A stretch of DNA of 64,000 nucleotides from an uncultured Candidatus Rokubacteria bacterium (lineage in GTDB: Bacteria; Methylomirabilota; Methylomirabilia; Rokubacteriales; CSP1-6): the NCBI GenBank assembly GCA_963758635.1, contig CAVWWD010000002.1:82724-146723 (forward strand). Direction: 5' to 3'. Position 1 is the stretch's first letter. Every line of letters begins with the position of its first letter. The notes under the pieces were generated by a model. It saw nothing but the letters and a program-made list of their open reading frames with translations. It had not been told where the DNA came from and searched no databases. The translations under genes were made by a program, and so were the position numbers. This document shows positions 20,878 through 32,479 of the stretch, piece by piece.

Positions 20878-22289
20878 CTAGCGGGCGGCGGAGACGGGCG
20901 CGACGGCGTCCAGCATCCAGCGGGCCATCGCCGTCACGCGGGCGTCCTCGTGCTGCTGGCCCATGATCTGGACGCCGACCGGCAGGCCGCCGACCGCCAG
21001 CAGCGGCAGCGTGACCACGGGCGCGAACAGCATCGAGCTCGGCGCGTTGAAGACGAAGTCGCCGGTGGGACGCGGCGCCAGCGGCTGGCCCGGCACGTCG
21101 CCGGACCACAGGGGGGCGGGACCCGGGCACGACAGCGTGATGATCGCGTCGGCGAGGGGAGCCACCGCCTCGTGGCGAAGCTGCGCCGTGGCCCGCTCCA
21201 TCAGGGCCGCGCGGTAGTCGTCAGGCGTCATGGTCTCGGCCTTCTCGAGCGTCGCCTTTGCCCGCGCGCTCACGCCGTCCGGATGCTGGTCGACCAGGTT
21301 GCGGATCGCCCAGCGGTTCTCCCAGCTCGTGATCGCGTTGCACACCGCGCGTCCGTCGGCGATGGCCTGCTCGAGACTCTCGATCCACCGATGATCGCGG
21401 CGACCGAGGACCGTGACTCCGGTGCTCCGCAAACCTTCCAGCAGCGTTTCGAACGCCCGGCGGCTCGGGGCATCCAGCGCGGCCCAGCCCTCGGTCTCGA
21501 GGACGATCACTCGCTCCGGCTTCGCGGCGGCCGGCGGCGCCGGCGGTCCGAAGAGCCCGGGGCAGCCGCGATCGCCGCCGGCGCGGCGCGCGATCTCGAT
21601 CGCCACCTGCCACATATCCTCGAGCGAGCCGGCGTGCACGCCATGCGTGCTCATGCTGGTCGCCTGGCGCTCCCCGCGGTTGATCCCCCCTGGGTCGGCT
21701 TGAGCGCCACGTTGCCGCAGTACGCGGCGGGCCGGATGATGGAGCCGCCCACCTGCGTGCCGATGGCGGCCGGCAGCATCCGGGCGGCGACGGCCGCGGC
21801 CGAACCGGACGAGGAGCCGCCGGCGGTGCGCGCCGGATCGAAGGGATTCGTCGTGGGGCCGGGATGCGAGCCGCCCAGCTCCGCGGTCACCGTCTTGCCG
21901 ACGATGACCGCCCCCGCCTGCCGCAGCGCCCACACCGCCGCGTTGTCCCGCTTCGGGAAGTTATCGCGATACGCGTCGCAGCCCATCTGCGTGGGCATGT
22001 CCTTCGTCTCGAGCAGGTCCTTGATGCCGATGGGCAGGCCGTCGATCGGCGAGCGCACGTGTCCGTCCTTCCAGCGCCTGGTGCTCTCGTCCGCCGCCTC
22101 GCGCGCGCCGGCCAGGTTCAGCGTCACGAACGCCCGCACGACGGCCTCGCGCTCCCCGATCGTCTCGAGGCAGCGCTCCAGGTACGCGCGGGGCGTGTCG
22201 GAGCCGTCCCGGAAACGCGCGATGGCGTCGTGGAAGGTCAGCGCCCGGCACTCCCGGGGGTCGTAGGTCTTCGGTGCCGTGGTGATCAT
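20878..22289 (-). CDS. Amidase signature family protein (frameshift ~21690)
   Basis: [48 protein letters not shown]; shift at a G6 run. Confidence 0.9.
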
Positions 22290-22372
22290 CGTTGGTCTCT
22301 CTCGCCCGTCCTGACCAGCCGAAGGTACTCGGACAGGCGCGCCTTGAGCTGCTTGACACCCACGGCCTTCAT
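22286..22372 (-). pseudogene. Truncated Phd/YefM antitoxin (28 aa)
   Basis: [24 protein letters not shown] then DQR*; stop overlaps the amidase ATG. Confidence 0.75.
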
Positions 22373-22381
22373 GCGCCCGTC

Positions 22382-22410
22382 ATGGTAGTTTCCGGTAGTC
22401 ATCGCGTCAA
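22382..22410 (-). promoter_or_regulatory. Sigma70 promoter with ACTACC direct repeats
   Basis: TTGACG-17 nt-TACCAT, 9 nt before the Phd-remnant ATG. Confidence 0.7.
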
Positions 22411-22482
22411 CGTCTGCCGGACGCTCGCCGACCGAGCGGTTGACCGGGCCGTCCTCGCGTCGTAGGGTGCTCTGCGAAACCA

Positions 22483-25400
22483 GTGACTGATCGCCTGCCG
22501 ATCTTGCTGCACTCCGCCTTGTACGCGGCGCTGCGCCGGCAGCAGCCCGAGCGCCGCTCTCGCTTCCGCCGTCTCGCCGACAGACTGGCCACCGGCCGCT
22601 GGGGCGGCGGCACCCGCGTCAAGAAGCTCCGCGGCGTGGCCAGGCCGGTGTTCGAGGCGCGCCAGGACGGCGGCGATCGCGTGCTGTTCACCTTCGCGCG
22701 CTCGGCGGCGGCCGAGGAGAACGCGCTCGTCACGTACCTCCAGGTGTGGGACCTCGTGCCCCACGACGACGTCTCGGCGGCGGCGGCACGCATCAACCGC
22801 GCGGCGGAGGCGGAGTTCCTCGACTACGACGTGCTGGAGTCCGAGACGACGGACGCCCCGCCTCCCCACGCCGGCATCACCTTCGACGAGGTCCCACCCG
22901 TCGCCGCGGGCCAGGCCGCCGGCCTGCTGGAGCTGATGCTGCCGCCCGAGGACTTCCGCCCCGCCGCCCGCGAGGAGATCGAGGGTGGGGTGCGGTGGTA
23001 CCTCCTGCCCGAGCGCCTCCTCGTGGACGACCCGCGATGGCAGGGCCTGATGGACGAGGACAGCGACGAGCTCGAGCTGAAGCTCACCGCCGAGCAGTAC
23101 GCGGTGGTTCGGGCGGCGGGCCCGCTCTTGCTCTCGGGCAGCGCGGGCAGCGGCAAGACCACGATCGCCGTCCACCGGATCGCCGCGGCCGCCGCCACCG
23201 GCGCCGCGCCCCTCCTGTACGTGACCTACAGCGGATGGCTCCGGGACCACGCTCGGCGCCTCTACCGGGCGCTGTGCGCGTGCCGCGGCGACGAGCCCGG
23301 CGCCGCCCCGGACTTCCTCACGATGGAGGAGCTGTACCGCTCGCTCCTCGGGCCCGCGGGCGACAGCGTCGAGCGGCTGGCCGACTACGCGGAGTTCGCG
23401 CGGTGGTACGCGGGCGGCTTCCGCCGTCGCGACGCCGCGCTGGCCTGGGAGGAGATCCGGAGCATCGTCAAGGGCGCGTGCCTGGACGACGGCCGCGACC
23501 TCCTCCGCCGGGACGAGTACGAGACGCTCGGCAGGAAGCGGGCTCCGCTCTTCGTGGCCGAGCGGCCCCGCCTGCACGAGGTGGCCCGCCGCTGGCAGGA
23601 GCACCTGCGCGCGGCGGGGCGCGCGGACGAGATCGATCTGTGCCGGAGGGCGCTGACCGCGCATCGTGCGCGCCCGCGCGCCTGGAGCCACGTGGTGTGC
23701 GACGAGGCGCAGGACCTCGCCGAGCTGCAGGTCGAGCTGCTGCTGCGGCTGCACGCAGGCCCCCGGCTCGAGGGGCTGTTCCTGGCCGGCGACCCCCAGC
23801 AAGTGATCAACCCCAGCGGCTTCCGGTGGGCCGAGGTGCGCACCGCCATCCGCGAGCGCGCCCGCGGAGGCGCGCGGCCGGTGGACATCACGTCGCTCCG
23901 GCGGAACTTCCGTAGCGTGCGCGGCGTGGTCGAGCTGGCGAACGCGCTCCTCGCCCTCAAGCGCGAGCGCACCGGCCGGAGCGACGGCGACGAGACCGAG
24001 GAGGCGGCGGTCGTCGGCCCGACGCCCATCCGCGTGGAGGGCGGCGAGGAGGAGCTTGCCGCCGCCGTGGCCGGGTTCGGCCCTCGATGCGCCGTGCTGG
24101 TGGGCTCGGAGGACATGCGCGGCCGGCTGCAGGCGCTGCTCGACACCACGCGCATCTTCACCGTCCAGGACGCCAAGGGGCTGGAGTTCGACGTGGTCGT
24201 GCTCTGGGGCCTGGTCGCCGCGGATCCGGACCCGTGGACCCGGCTCCTCGATGCCGCCCTCGACCTGAGAGAGGACCCGGCGTGCCGGCGCGCGCTCCAT
24301 CACCTTTACGTGGCGGTCACGCGCGCGCGCCGCCACCTGGCCGTGCACGAGCCGCCGGGGGCGCCGCCCGTCTGGACCAGCCGGTGGCTCGGAGCGCGGC
24401 TCGACTCCGAATCGTCGGCCTCGCTCGCGCGACTCTTCGTCCGGACGGCGGCGCCCGCCGAGTGGCTCGGCGAGGCCACGTACTTCCTCGAGCGCGGCCG
24501 CCATCGCCAGGCCGCGGAGTGCTTCCGCCGGGCTGGCGAGGCGCGGCGCGAGACGGAGTGCCTGGCCTTGCACCACGAGCAGGCGGGCGACGGCGCGGAG
24601 GCGGCGCGGCTCTGGCTGGACCTCGGCGAGCGTGCGCGGGCGGCCCGCTGCCTCGAAGCATCCGGCGCGTGGGTGGAGGCGGGGCGCCTGTGGATGGAGG
24701 AAGGCGACGTGGCCGCGGCGCGCCGCTGCCAGGCCCGCGCCGCGGAGCGCACCCGCGACTGGGCGTCGGCCGGCGACGCCTGGGAAGCGCTCGGCCAGTG
24801 GGCGGATGCCGCCCGGTGCTGGTCGAACGGCGGTCAGCGTGGCCGGCAGCTCCGGTGCCTCGGCGAGGGCGCCGAAGCGGAGCAGCGCTGGGCGGACGCC
24901 GCGCGGCACTGGGAGGAGGCTGAAGCCTGGGCCCGGGCCGACCGCGTGCTGGCAGCGCGCGGGGCGAGAGGCGGACGCGTCGCGCACGGAGGCGATGGGG
25001 CACGAGAGCGCCGGGCGCTTCGCCGACGCCTCGCGCGCCTGGCGCGCGGCCGGGAACGAGGCCCGCGCACGCCGGACCGGTGCGACCGCCGCGGAAGACG
25101 ATGAGCGCTGGGAAGACGCCGCCGCCCTCTGGGAGGATCTGGGTGAGATGCCGGCCGCGGCACGCGCGTGGCGACGCGCTGGCCGACTACGGGAGGCGGC
25201 GCTCTGCGAAGCCCGGATGCACGAGGCCGCGGGCCGGCACGCGCGCGCGGCGGAAGCGCTCGAGGCCGCGGGTGAGCTGACCGCCGCGGCCACGGCGTGG
25301 CGCCGCGCGCACGAGGCCAGCCAGCCTCCCTCGAAGACCGTCCCGCTCACGCTTCCGCCCGACGCGGCCCACCGGTGGACGGAGGGCGGCCGGCCCGCGC

Positions 25401-26353
25401 GGCTTCTCGCCAGGACCGCGGCGGCGGCCCGCTCGCACGCCGCACGCGACGCGCGCGTCCGAGGGCTCGCCTGCGCGGTGGCCGCGGCCGAGAGCGCCGG
25501 CAGGCTCGACGAGGCCGAGGCGCTGTGGACCACCCTCGGCGATCCGCACCAGGCGCTGCGCTGCCAAGTCCAGCGCCTCGAGCGCGACGGCGCGCTCGGA
25601 GAGGCCGCCGCCCTGCTGGAGCGTCACGGGCTGTTCCCGGCCGCGGGCCGAGCCTGGCGCGCCGCCGGCGACACGGCGGGCGTGACTCGATGCGAAGCCC
25701 GGCGGCTCCAGAAGAAGCGGCGCTGGCAGGAGGCGGAGGCGCTCTGGCTCTCCATCGGCGCCCAGGCCGAGGCGGCCCTCTGTCGCGCCCGAGAGATGGT
25801 GCTTCGCGGAGACTACCGAGCCGCCGCGGATGCCTTCGCCCAGGCGGGCCAGCCGGGGATCGCCCTCGAGCTCTCCGTGCTCGCCGCCCAGCAAGAGGGA
25901 GACTGGGACGGAGCGGTGGCCGTCGCGACGACCGGTGGCCGCACCGATCTCATCCGCCGCATCCGGAAGGCTCAGCAGGCCGCAGCCGCGCAGCCAGGTC
26001 CGCGACAGGCCGCGTCGGATGAACGCCGGGGAGACGGCAAAGAACACTCGGGCCGCCGACCCCCGCGAGCCCGAAACGCCGCGCCGGCCCGCAGGTCGAA
26101 GTCGATGCGGGCGCTGTCTCGATCGAGACACCACCGGCGGGCCGGCGCGCGCGCCGCGGCTGCCTCCGACATCGAGAGGCTGGTCGCCACCGTTCGGCGA
26201 CACCCGGGCGCGCGAAGCGAAGACCTCGCCCGCCTCTCGGGGATCCAGGGGCCGCGTCTGGCCGCGTTGCTGCGCGCGGCGGTGGCCGCCGGACACGTGG
26301 TCCGGTCCGGAGCCACGCGGGGCACGCGCTACTGGCCCCGGAGAGAGGGCTGA
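22483..26353 (+). CDS. RelE-like domain + SF1 (UvrD-like) helicase + TPR-like repeats + C-terminal HTH (frameshift ~24940)
   Basis: GSAGSGKTT, VVCDEAQD, GDPQQ, LRRNFRS, AKGLEFD, LYVAVTRAR; repeated A..W..AG...A.RC units; ARSEDLARLSG...RGTRYW. Confidence 0.85.
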
Positions 26354-26541
26354 TCGCGCATTCTACAAGTGGCGTACGCCCTTCAGGTGCGTGCCGATCG
26401 CGCCAGCCGGATCGGCTCGGAGGAGCGGTGGCCGAGTGATGCGTGGCCGGCGCGTTCTGCTGCTGCTGGGGACGGTGGCGTCAGAGGCCCGCCGGCTCGC
26501 AGCGCGCCGCGAGGAGATGGTGGCCGGTGCGGTCGTCGGTG

Positions 26542-26670
26542 CGAGAAGCAGGCCGCCTACTCCGTCGCTACCGCGGGCAAGATCGGCATCCGGAAGTCAC
26601 GGCTTCCGGCAGGCCGCTCCGGCACGCCGGGCCGAACGCTTCTACGTCGAAGCCCGTGACGTCATCACCC
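26542..26670 (+). repeat. Degenerate direct repeat, copy A
   Basis: 27 nt identical to copy B (TACCGCGGGCAAGATCGGCATCCGGAA, 26569-26595) plus collinear shorter matches. Confidence 0.8.
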
Positions 26671-27024
26671 GCGAGCGGCCACGGCCGGTCGCTCTGAGGT
26701 ATCGGCCAGGCCCATGGCCAAGCCCGCCAGCCTCATCAGCAGGATGGTGACGGAGGCGGCGCCTGCCGCGCTTCTGTTCGGGCTAGTTCCTTAGCAGCGA
26801 CAGATGATCAGGCAGGACGCGGCGACCGCCGCGACGATCGCCACCAGCTGCGGCTCATTTCCCTCTCGCATGGGCACGCACTGAGGCGCATGCAGCGCGA
26901 GGCAGTCCCGCCAGGCAGTCGGGTGCGTGCGGTCAGGCGTTCAGGATCTCCAGGCCGCGTGAGCATGCCCGCGACGTTTGTCGGGTTGGTGCCGACCGCG
27001 GGTCCCGTGACTTCCCATCGGACA

Positions 27025-27366
27025 TCAACCACTGTCGTTGCCTGGCGCAGGACCGTCGCCTGGACCGATATGACGCCGGCTTTGGGGACAGCCCTGACAC
27101 AGCGTCCCGTTGATCTGGAATGGCCCCTGCTCCGTGACGAACAGTCCCAGCCATTCGTCTCGCATCGCGGTCTCCGGCGCGTAGGTAGCGAGATAGAAAG
27201 GCACGCCATCAGGCTTCATGGCTGCGCCGAACCGCGAGACAAGGCGAGATCCTGACGGCGTAGTGGTTGAGGCGAAGACCCGTGCCATCTCTCGCACGCG
27301 CGCAATCTGTTCGTCCAGCAACGGGAAGACCGAGGGCGGGCCACCGTCAGTCAGTTGGCATGACAT
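27025..27366 (-). CDS. Hypothetical protein, possibly degraded
   Basis: AAGGAG RBS; 113-aa ORF with no recognised motif. Confidence 0.3.
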   Translation of the reverse strand: MSCQLTDGGPPSVFPLLDEQIARVREMARVFASTTTPSGSRLVSRFGAAMKPDGVPFYLATYAPETAMRDEWLGLFVTEQGPFQINGTLCQGCPQSRRHIGPGDGPAPGNDSG

Positions 27367-30300
27367 GGGGGCAACTCCTTTGCCCGCGTCGAAACCGTGC
27401 GCGGGCTCCGGACGATCGGCGGTCTAAGGTTAGGGGGCGTGTGGGGAACTGCTGCCAGGGATTCCTCGGCTTCGGCAAGCCAGCGGCTCATCTGCAGGGT
27501 ACGGTACAGTTCCCCCGCGGCCGAGATGCTCCTGGCCGCGTCGTCCGCCCTTCCCGCCGCAAGCTCCGCGTGGCCGAGGCCGAGGCGGCAATGGGCCAGC
27601 AACGGATTGAGCTCCAGCGACTGGGCCAGCTCGATGGCCCGTGTAAAATGTGACTCGGCTTCCTCGGGGTTCTTGTCGGCCAAGCAGGCGAGCCCTAGGG
27701 CTCGCTCGGCGTATCCTTCGTATCCGAGCTCCCCGTGCTGTCGAGTACGCTCGAGCGCGCCGCGCGCAAGGTCCAGACCTTCGGCCACGCGGCCGGCCAG
27801 CAGATACGCCTCGGCCAGACGCGCCTCCCAGACCGACTTACCCGCCTGGATCCTCACGTCAGTGCTCTGCTGGACGGCGAACGACAGGAGCGGCAGGCCC
27901 TCGTCGATCCTCCCGATCAGGACGTATCCGTATCCAAGGTGGGAGCTGGCCACACTCACCATGTGCGGCAGGTCCTGTGCCCGACACGTCTCGAGGGCTA
28001 CCTCGGCGAGCGCAATAGCGGACTCGATGGAGCCTTGTCGAAGTAGCGCGAAAGCCCAGGAGGAGGTATTGGTGTGGATAAGATCGAAGGGGCCGCCGAA
28101 GGAGTCCAACAGCAGCCGTGCCTCGCGTCCGTAAAAGCTCGCCTGATCGAACAATCCCAGCTCGGCAGCGGCAATGACCATCCAGCCGCGAGAGATCACG
28201 GACGGAAGGCCGGGCATTCCGTACCGCTCGCGCGCTCGCGGTCCAGCGAGATAGTCGACGTTGTGCTCGAGTACGCCGAGGGCGGCGCGATTGCGCCCGC
28301 CCGCATGGAGGGCTTGGGCGAGGTGAATACGGGGGACGACCTGAAGATCCGGCCGATCCAGGCGCGCGGCCAGCGGGATCGCGTGCTCGGCATGCTCTAT
28401 CGACTGGACGAGCTGACCGGAGAGATACGAGTGCCCGGCTCGGAAGCCCGCGATGCGTCCCAGCCGGAACTCATCGTTGATGCGCTCGGCGAGGGCCTCC
28501 GCTTGGGTCAGGCACTGGCCGACCTGCTGCAGATCCTGCAACGCGAGGAACGCGGACCGCAGATCCAGCAGGCTGTCGATGGCGTGCTGGATCGTGTCGA
28601 CGGATTCCGGCAGATGAGCCAGCGCATCCAGCGTTTGCTGCGCGTACGCAACCGCCTCGCGGATGGCCGGCCTGCCGAGCGCCTTCTCGGTCGCCAGCCG
28701 CAGATAGGTGACCGCTCGCTCCCAGCGCTCTCCGCGCACCGCGTGATGGCTGAGGCGATCCACATGCTCAGGCAGCCGATCGGCGTAGACCTTCTCGATC
28801 GCCGCCAGGATCGCAGCGTGCAGCAGCGCCGGCGGTCCTGCAGAACGCTGCCGTACGCGACCTCGTGGGTCATCGTGTGGGTGAAGGTTAGCTCGAGTAC
28901 CGGGAAGAGGTTCGCCTCGTAGAGGAACTCCGCGCTTCGAAGCAGGGCGACCTGCTGGCGGATTTCGGCGTCGGGAAGACCGCTCACCGCCCGCAGAAGC
29001 TCGAAGGTACGTCCTTGCCGATGACGGCCGCGGACTGCAGCAGTCGCTTCGTGTCGGGAGGCAGGCGGTCGATCTGGGCCGCCAGGACCGCTTGCACGGT
29101 CTCGGGCACCTGGATGCTCTCCGAGGCGAATGGACGAGTTGATGGCGCCCTGACTCTCCGGCCAGGGCGCGCGTCTCGAGAAGAGCACGGACGCTTTCCT
29201 CGAGGAAGAACGGATTGCCGTCGGTGCGTGCAATCAACGCGCGCTTGACCGCATCGAGACTAGGGTCGTTGCCGAGTAGCCCTTCGAGGAACTTCTGCGA
29301 ATCCGCGGGCACGAGGGGATCCAGCCGGAGCTGGGTGGAGAAGGTACGCCCGGCCCAGGTGTGTTCGAAGTCCGGCCGGTAGTTCAGCAGCAGCAGGATA
29401 TGCGCGTCGGACAGATGTTCGATGAGATCGTCTAGGAGCGCGAAGGTCTGCGGATCCGTGATGTGGAGATCTTCGAAGATAAGGCAGACCGGCTGCACGA
29501 GGCTCTCGCGGAGCAGGAGCGTCCTCGTGGCCTCGATCGGTGCGCTGGCGCCGCTCGCGCGGATCGAGGCGTTCGAAGGGGCTGCCCGCGGGAAGGGCGT
29601 CGAGCAGGGCCAGCAGTGGTGGCACGATGCGACGCAGACCCTCCTCGAGGGTGAGCACGATGCCCGTGACCTTCGCCTGTATGCTCCGGACATCATCGCG
29701 GCTATCGATCTTGAAATAGCCGCGTAGGAGCTCGACGAGCGCGTGGTAGGCCGCCAGTCGCCCCTGGGACAGTGAGGCGCTCTCAAGTACGAGCCACTTC
29801 TGATGCGCCTGTCCGCGCACGAATTCGTAGAAGAGGCGAGACTTGCCGACGCCGAGTTCCCCGATAACGGCCACGAACTGGCGGTGCCCCGCGTGAACAC
29901 GTTCGAGCGCCCGGGTCAGCTGTCGCATCTCGTCGGTGCGCCCGACGAATGGCGATAGACCCCGCGCGGCCGTCGCCTGCAGGCGCGAGCGCACCTTGAT
30001 CGCCCCGGTAAGTTCGTAGACGCTCAGGGCGCGGTTGAGTCCCTTCACCGGCACAGGCCCCAGTGCTCGAACCTGGATGTACCCCTCGCTCAGGCGAAAG
30101 GTATCCGACGTGAGCAGAGTCGTCCCAGGCCGCGCCAGCTGCTCCATCCGTGCAGCGAGGTGGGTCGTTTCGCCGACCGCGCTGTAGTCCATGCTCAGAT
30201 CAGTGTGGACGGATCGCACGACAACTTCACCCGAGTTGAGACCGACCCGGATCTGGAGATCGAGACCTTCCGTGCTTCGTACATGCTCGGCGTATGCGGC

Positions 30301-30822
30301 GACGCGCTCGTGCATTCGGAGGGCGGCGTAACAAGCGCGGATGGCATGACATACTCGTGGGCCACCGGGGCGCCGAAGGGCGCCATGATGCCGTCGCCCA
30401 TAACCTGGTTTACCAGCCCTTGTACTCGGGAACCGCCTCGACGATTCGCTCCGCCACGGCATCAAGGAATCTGCGTGCCTCCTCGGGGTCGCGGTCGGTG
30501 AGCATCTCGATGGGGAGAGCCGTTGAGATCCAGCGAACAGGACGGTAACTTGCTTGCGCTCCCCTTCTAGCAGGGCCAGGCGTATTGAGGAGTCCTTCGA
30601 CCTGATAGGGGGGAGGGACCTGCTGGGCGATCTGCACCTTCAGTCGGTCGGCCTGGTCGTGCTGAGCCGAAGCGCGGTGCCGCAGGCCTTGCAGTAGCGA
30701 TACGAGAAGGCATAGCTTGTCCGGCAGCGCTCGCAGGTCGTGACGAGTTTTGCGCCGCAATCGGGGCAGAAGCTCGCCTCCGCGGGCGCTCGCTTGTGGC
30801 AGCCCGAACAGCGCGTGGTCAT
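27351..30822 (-). pseudogene. Zinc ribbon-class III adenylate/guanylate cyclase-AAA-TPR protein, multiply frameshifted
   Basis: CSGC..CPDC/CERC..CKAC, GERKQVT, MGDGIMA.FGAP, RVGLNSGEVV, GETTHLAARMEQ, GELGVGKS, FEDLH, GNPFFLEE, TPR tail; many frame changes. Confidence 0.85.
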
Positions 30823-31042
30823 TGCGGTCTTACTGCGCCCTTTGCGCTTCATCCGGAGCTAGTTACGCCTCCGATCGGTCGATGCTGGACGGCGCGCGGG
30901 CGGACTCTCCCGTGAACCAAGCTGAGACTAGACGTGAACCAGAGGGTGGTCAAGAGGGCCGGGCGCCCGCCTTCCGCGCCACCACGATCGCCCGTGGATC
31001 AATCTCGACCATTTGAACGCGGCGGAGATGGACGCCCTTCGT

Positions 31043-31235
31043 CGAGAAGCAGGCGGCCTACTACAAGCAGGCGGCCTACTACGTGGATACCGCGGGCAAG
31101 ATCGGCATCCGGAAATGGCGTGGTTTCGGCTGGGCACTTCCGCCGAGGCTGCTTCCGGTAGTTCGCTTCCCGCCGGCGGCTTCGGGCAGGCCGACGGACG
31201 CTTCTACGTCAAGCCTCGTACCACCGTCATCAACA
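31043..31235 (+). repeat. Degenerate direct repeat, copy B, with an 18-bp tandem duplication
   Basis: 27-nt core at 31088-31114; AAGCAGGCGGCCTACTAC twice (31047-31082). Confidence 0.8.
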
Positions 31236-31583
31236 CCTAGCTAGTCTAGAGGGTGACGGCGGCGGCGACGGCCGCTACCGCCACGAGAAGGAGGGCCACG
31301 AGTCCGACGAACAGCAAGTCGCTGACGCTGCCCCCGGCCGGCCTCACCCGGCGACATCGTCCCGCGGAGGCGCAGCAGGGCCGGGTTCTTCTGATTGGCC
31401 TTCCACGCGGCGTCGAGGGCAGTTGCACGAACTGCCGCAGCTACACCGGTCCGGTTGACTGAACACGCAAGAGGAATGGCCCGGCCACAAGCCGGACCGC
31501 GACTACGTGGAAGCGCGGAGACTTGCGGCCACAGGCGGAAGGGCGCACGATCGGCCCCACCCGCGATCACAGGAGGAGCGCCC

Positions 31584-32453
31584 ATGGCGACGACCGTTGG
31601 AAGCGGCAGCTACCAGTACGAGCTGAACGAATCCTGGGCGAGGCTGCCAACCGGCTGGGCGTGGGGACAGGTCAGCGCGGTCGCGACCGACTCGCAGGAC
31701 CGCGTCTACGCCTTCCAGCGAAAGGATCCCCCGGTCGTCGTGTTCGATCGCGACGGCAACTATCTGACCTCGTGGGGTCACAGCGCCATCAAGGATCCGC
31801 ACGGCATCGCCATCGTCGACGACCTGGTCTATCTGACCGATCGCGACGACCACGTCGCCCTCAAGTTCACGCTGGACGGCAAGCCCCTGATGATCCTCGG
31901 GACGCGCGGCCAGCCCTCGGACACGGGGGCCACCAAGGACATCGAGCTTCCACCGCGCTCGGCCGGGCCCTTCAACAAGCCCACCGAGATGGTCCCGGCC
32001 CCGTCGGGCGATCTCTACGTCTCGGACGGCTACCGGAACAGCCGGGTGCACCGCTTCTCGAAGGACGGCGCCCTGATCTCCTCGTGGGGGACGCCGGGCA
32101 AGGAGGCGCCGGGCGAGTTTCACCTGCCGCACAGCCTCTGGGTGGGGCCCGACGGCTCCGTCTACGTCTGCGATCGGGAGAACAGCCGGATCCAGGTCTT
32201 CACCGCCGAGGGCAAGTTCGTCTCCCAGTGGCGCGACATCAAGAAGCCGACCGACATCTACTTCAACAAGCAGCAGGTGGCCTACGTCAGCGAGCAGCGG
32301 CCGTCGATCAGCATCATGGATCGGAGCGGCACGGTGCTCGCCCGCTTCGACACGCCAGGCTCGGGCCACGGGCTCTGGGTCGATTCCGCCGGCGACATCT
32401 ATCTCGCCGAAGCCGGGGGCAAGCGGCTCACCAAGTACGTCCACAAGCACTGA
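31584..32453 (+). CDS. NHL-repeat beta-propeller (PAL-like family)
   Basis: VATDSQDRVY, PHGI, YVSDGYRNSRVHRF, PGEFHLPH, DRENSRIQVF; AGGAGG RBS. Confidence 0.9.
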   Translation: MATTVGSGSYQYELNESWARLPTGWAWGQVSAVATDSQDRVYAFQRKDPPVVVFDRDGNYLTSWGHSAIKDPHGIAIVDDLVYLTDRDDHVALKFTLDGKPLMILGTRGQPSDTGATKDIELPPRSAGPFNKPTEMVPAPSGDLYVSDGYRNSRVHRFSKDGALISSWGTPGKEAPGEFHLPHSLWVGPDGSVYVCDRENSRIQVFTAEGKFVSQWRDIKKPTDIYFNKQQVAYVSEQRPSISIMDRSGTVLARFDTPGSGHGLWVDSAGDIYLAEAGGKRLTKYVHKH

Positions 32454-32479
32454 GACCGGCGCCACACCGGAGGAGAGAC

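Noticed and set aside
22399..25533. 1044-aa minus-strand ORF and other long antisense ORFs (191-1795, 12001-14070, 45551-47653, 57646-59500)
   Set aside because: Shadow ORFs typical of high-GC DNA opposite clearly recognisable genes; no motifs
31246..31330. Hydrophobic micro-ORF DLLFVGLVALLLVAVAAVAAAVTL
   Set aside because: No credible start codon or RBS
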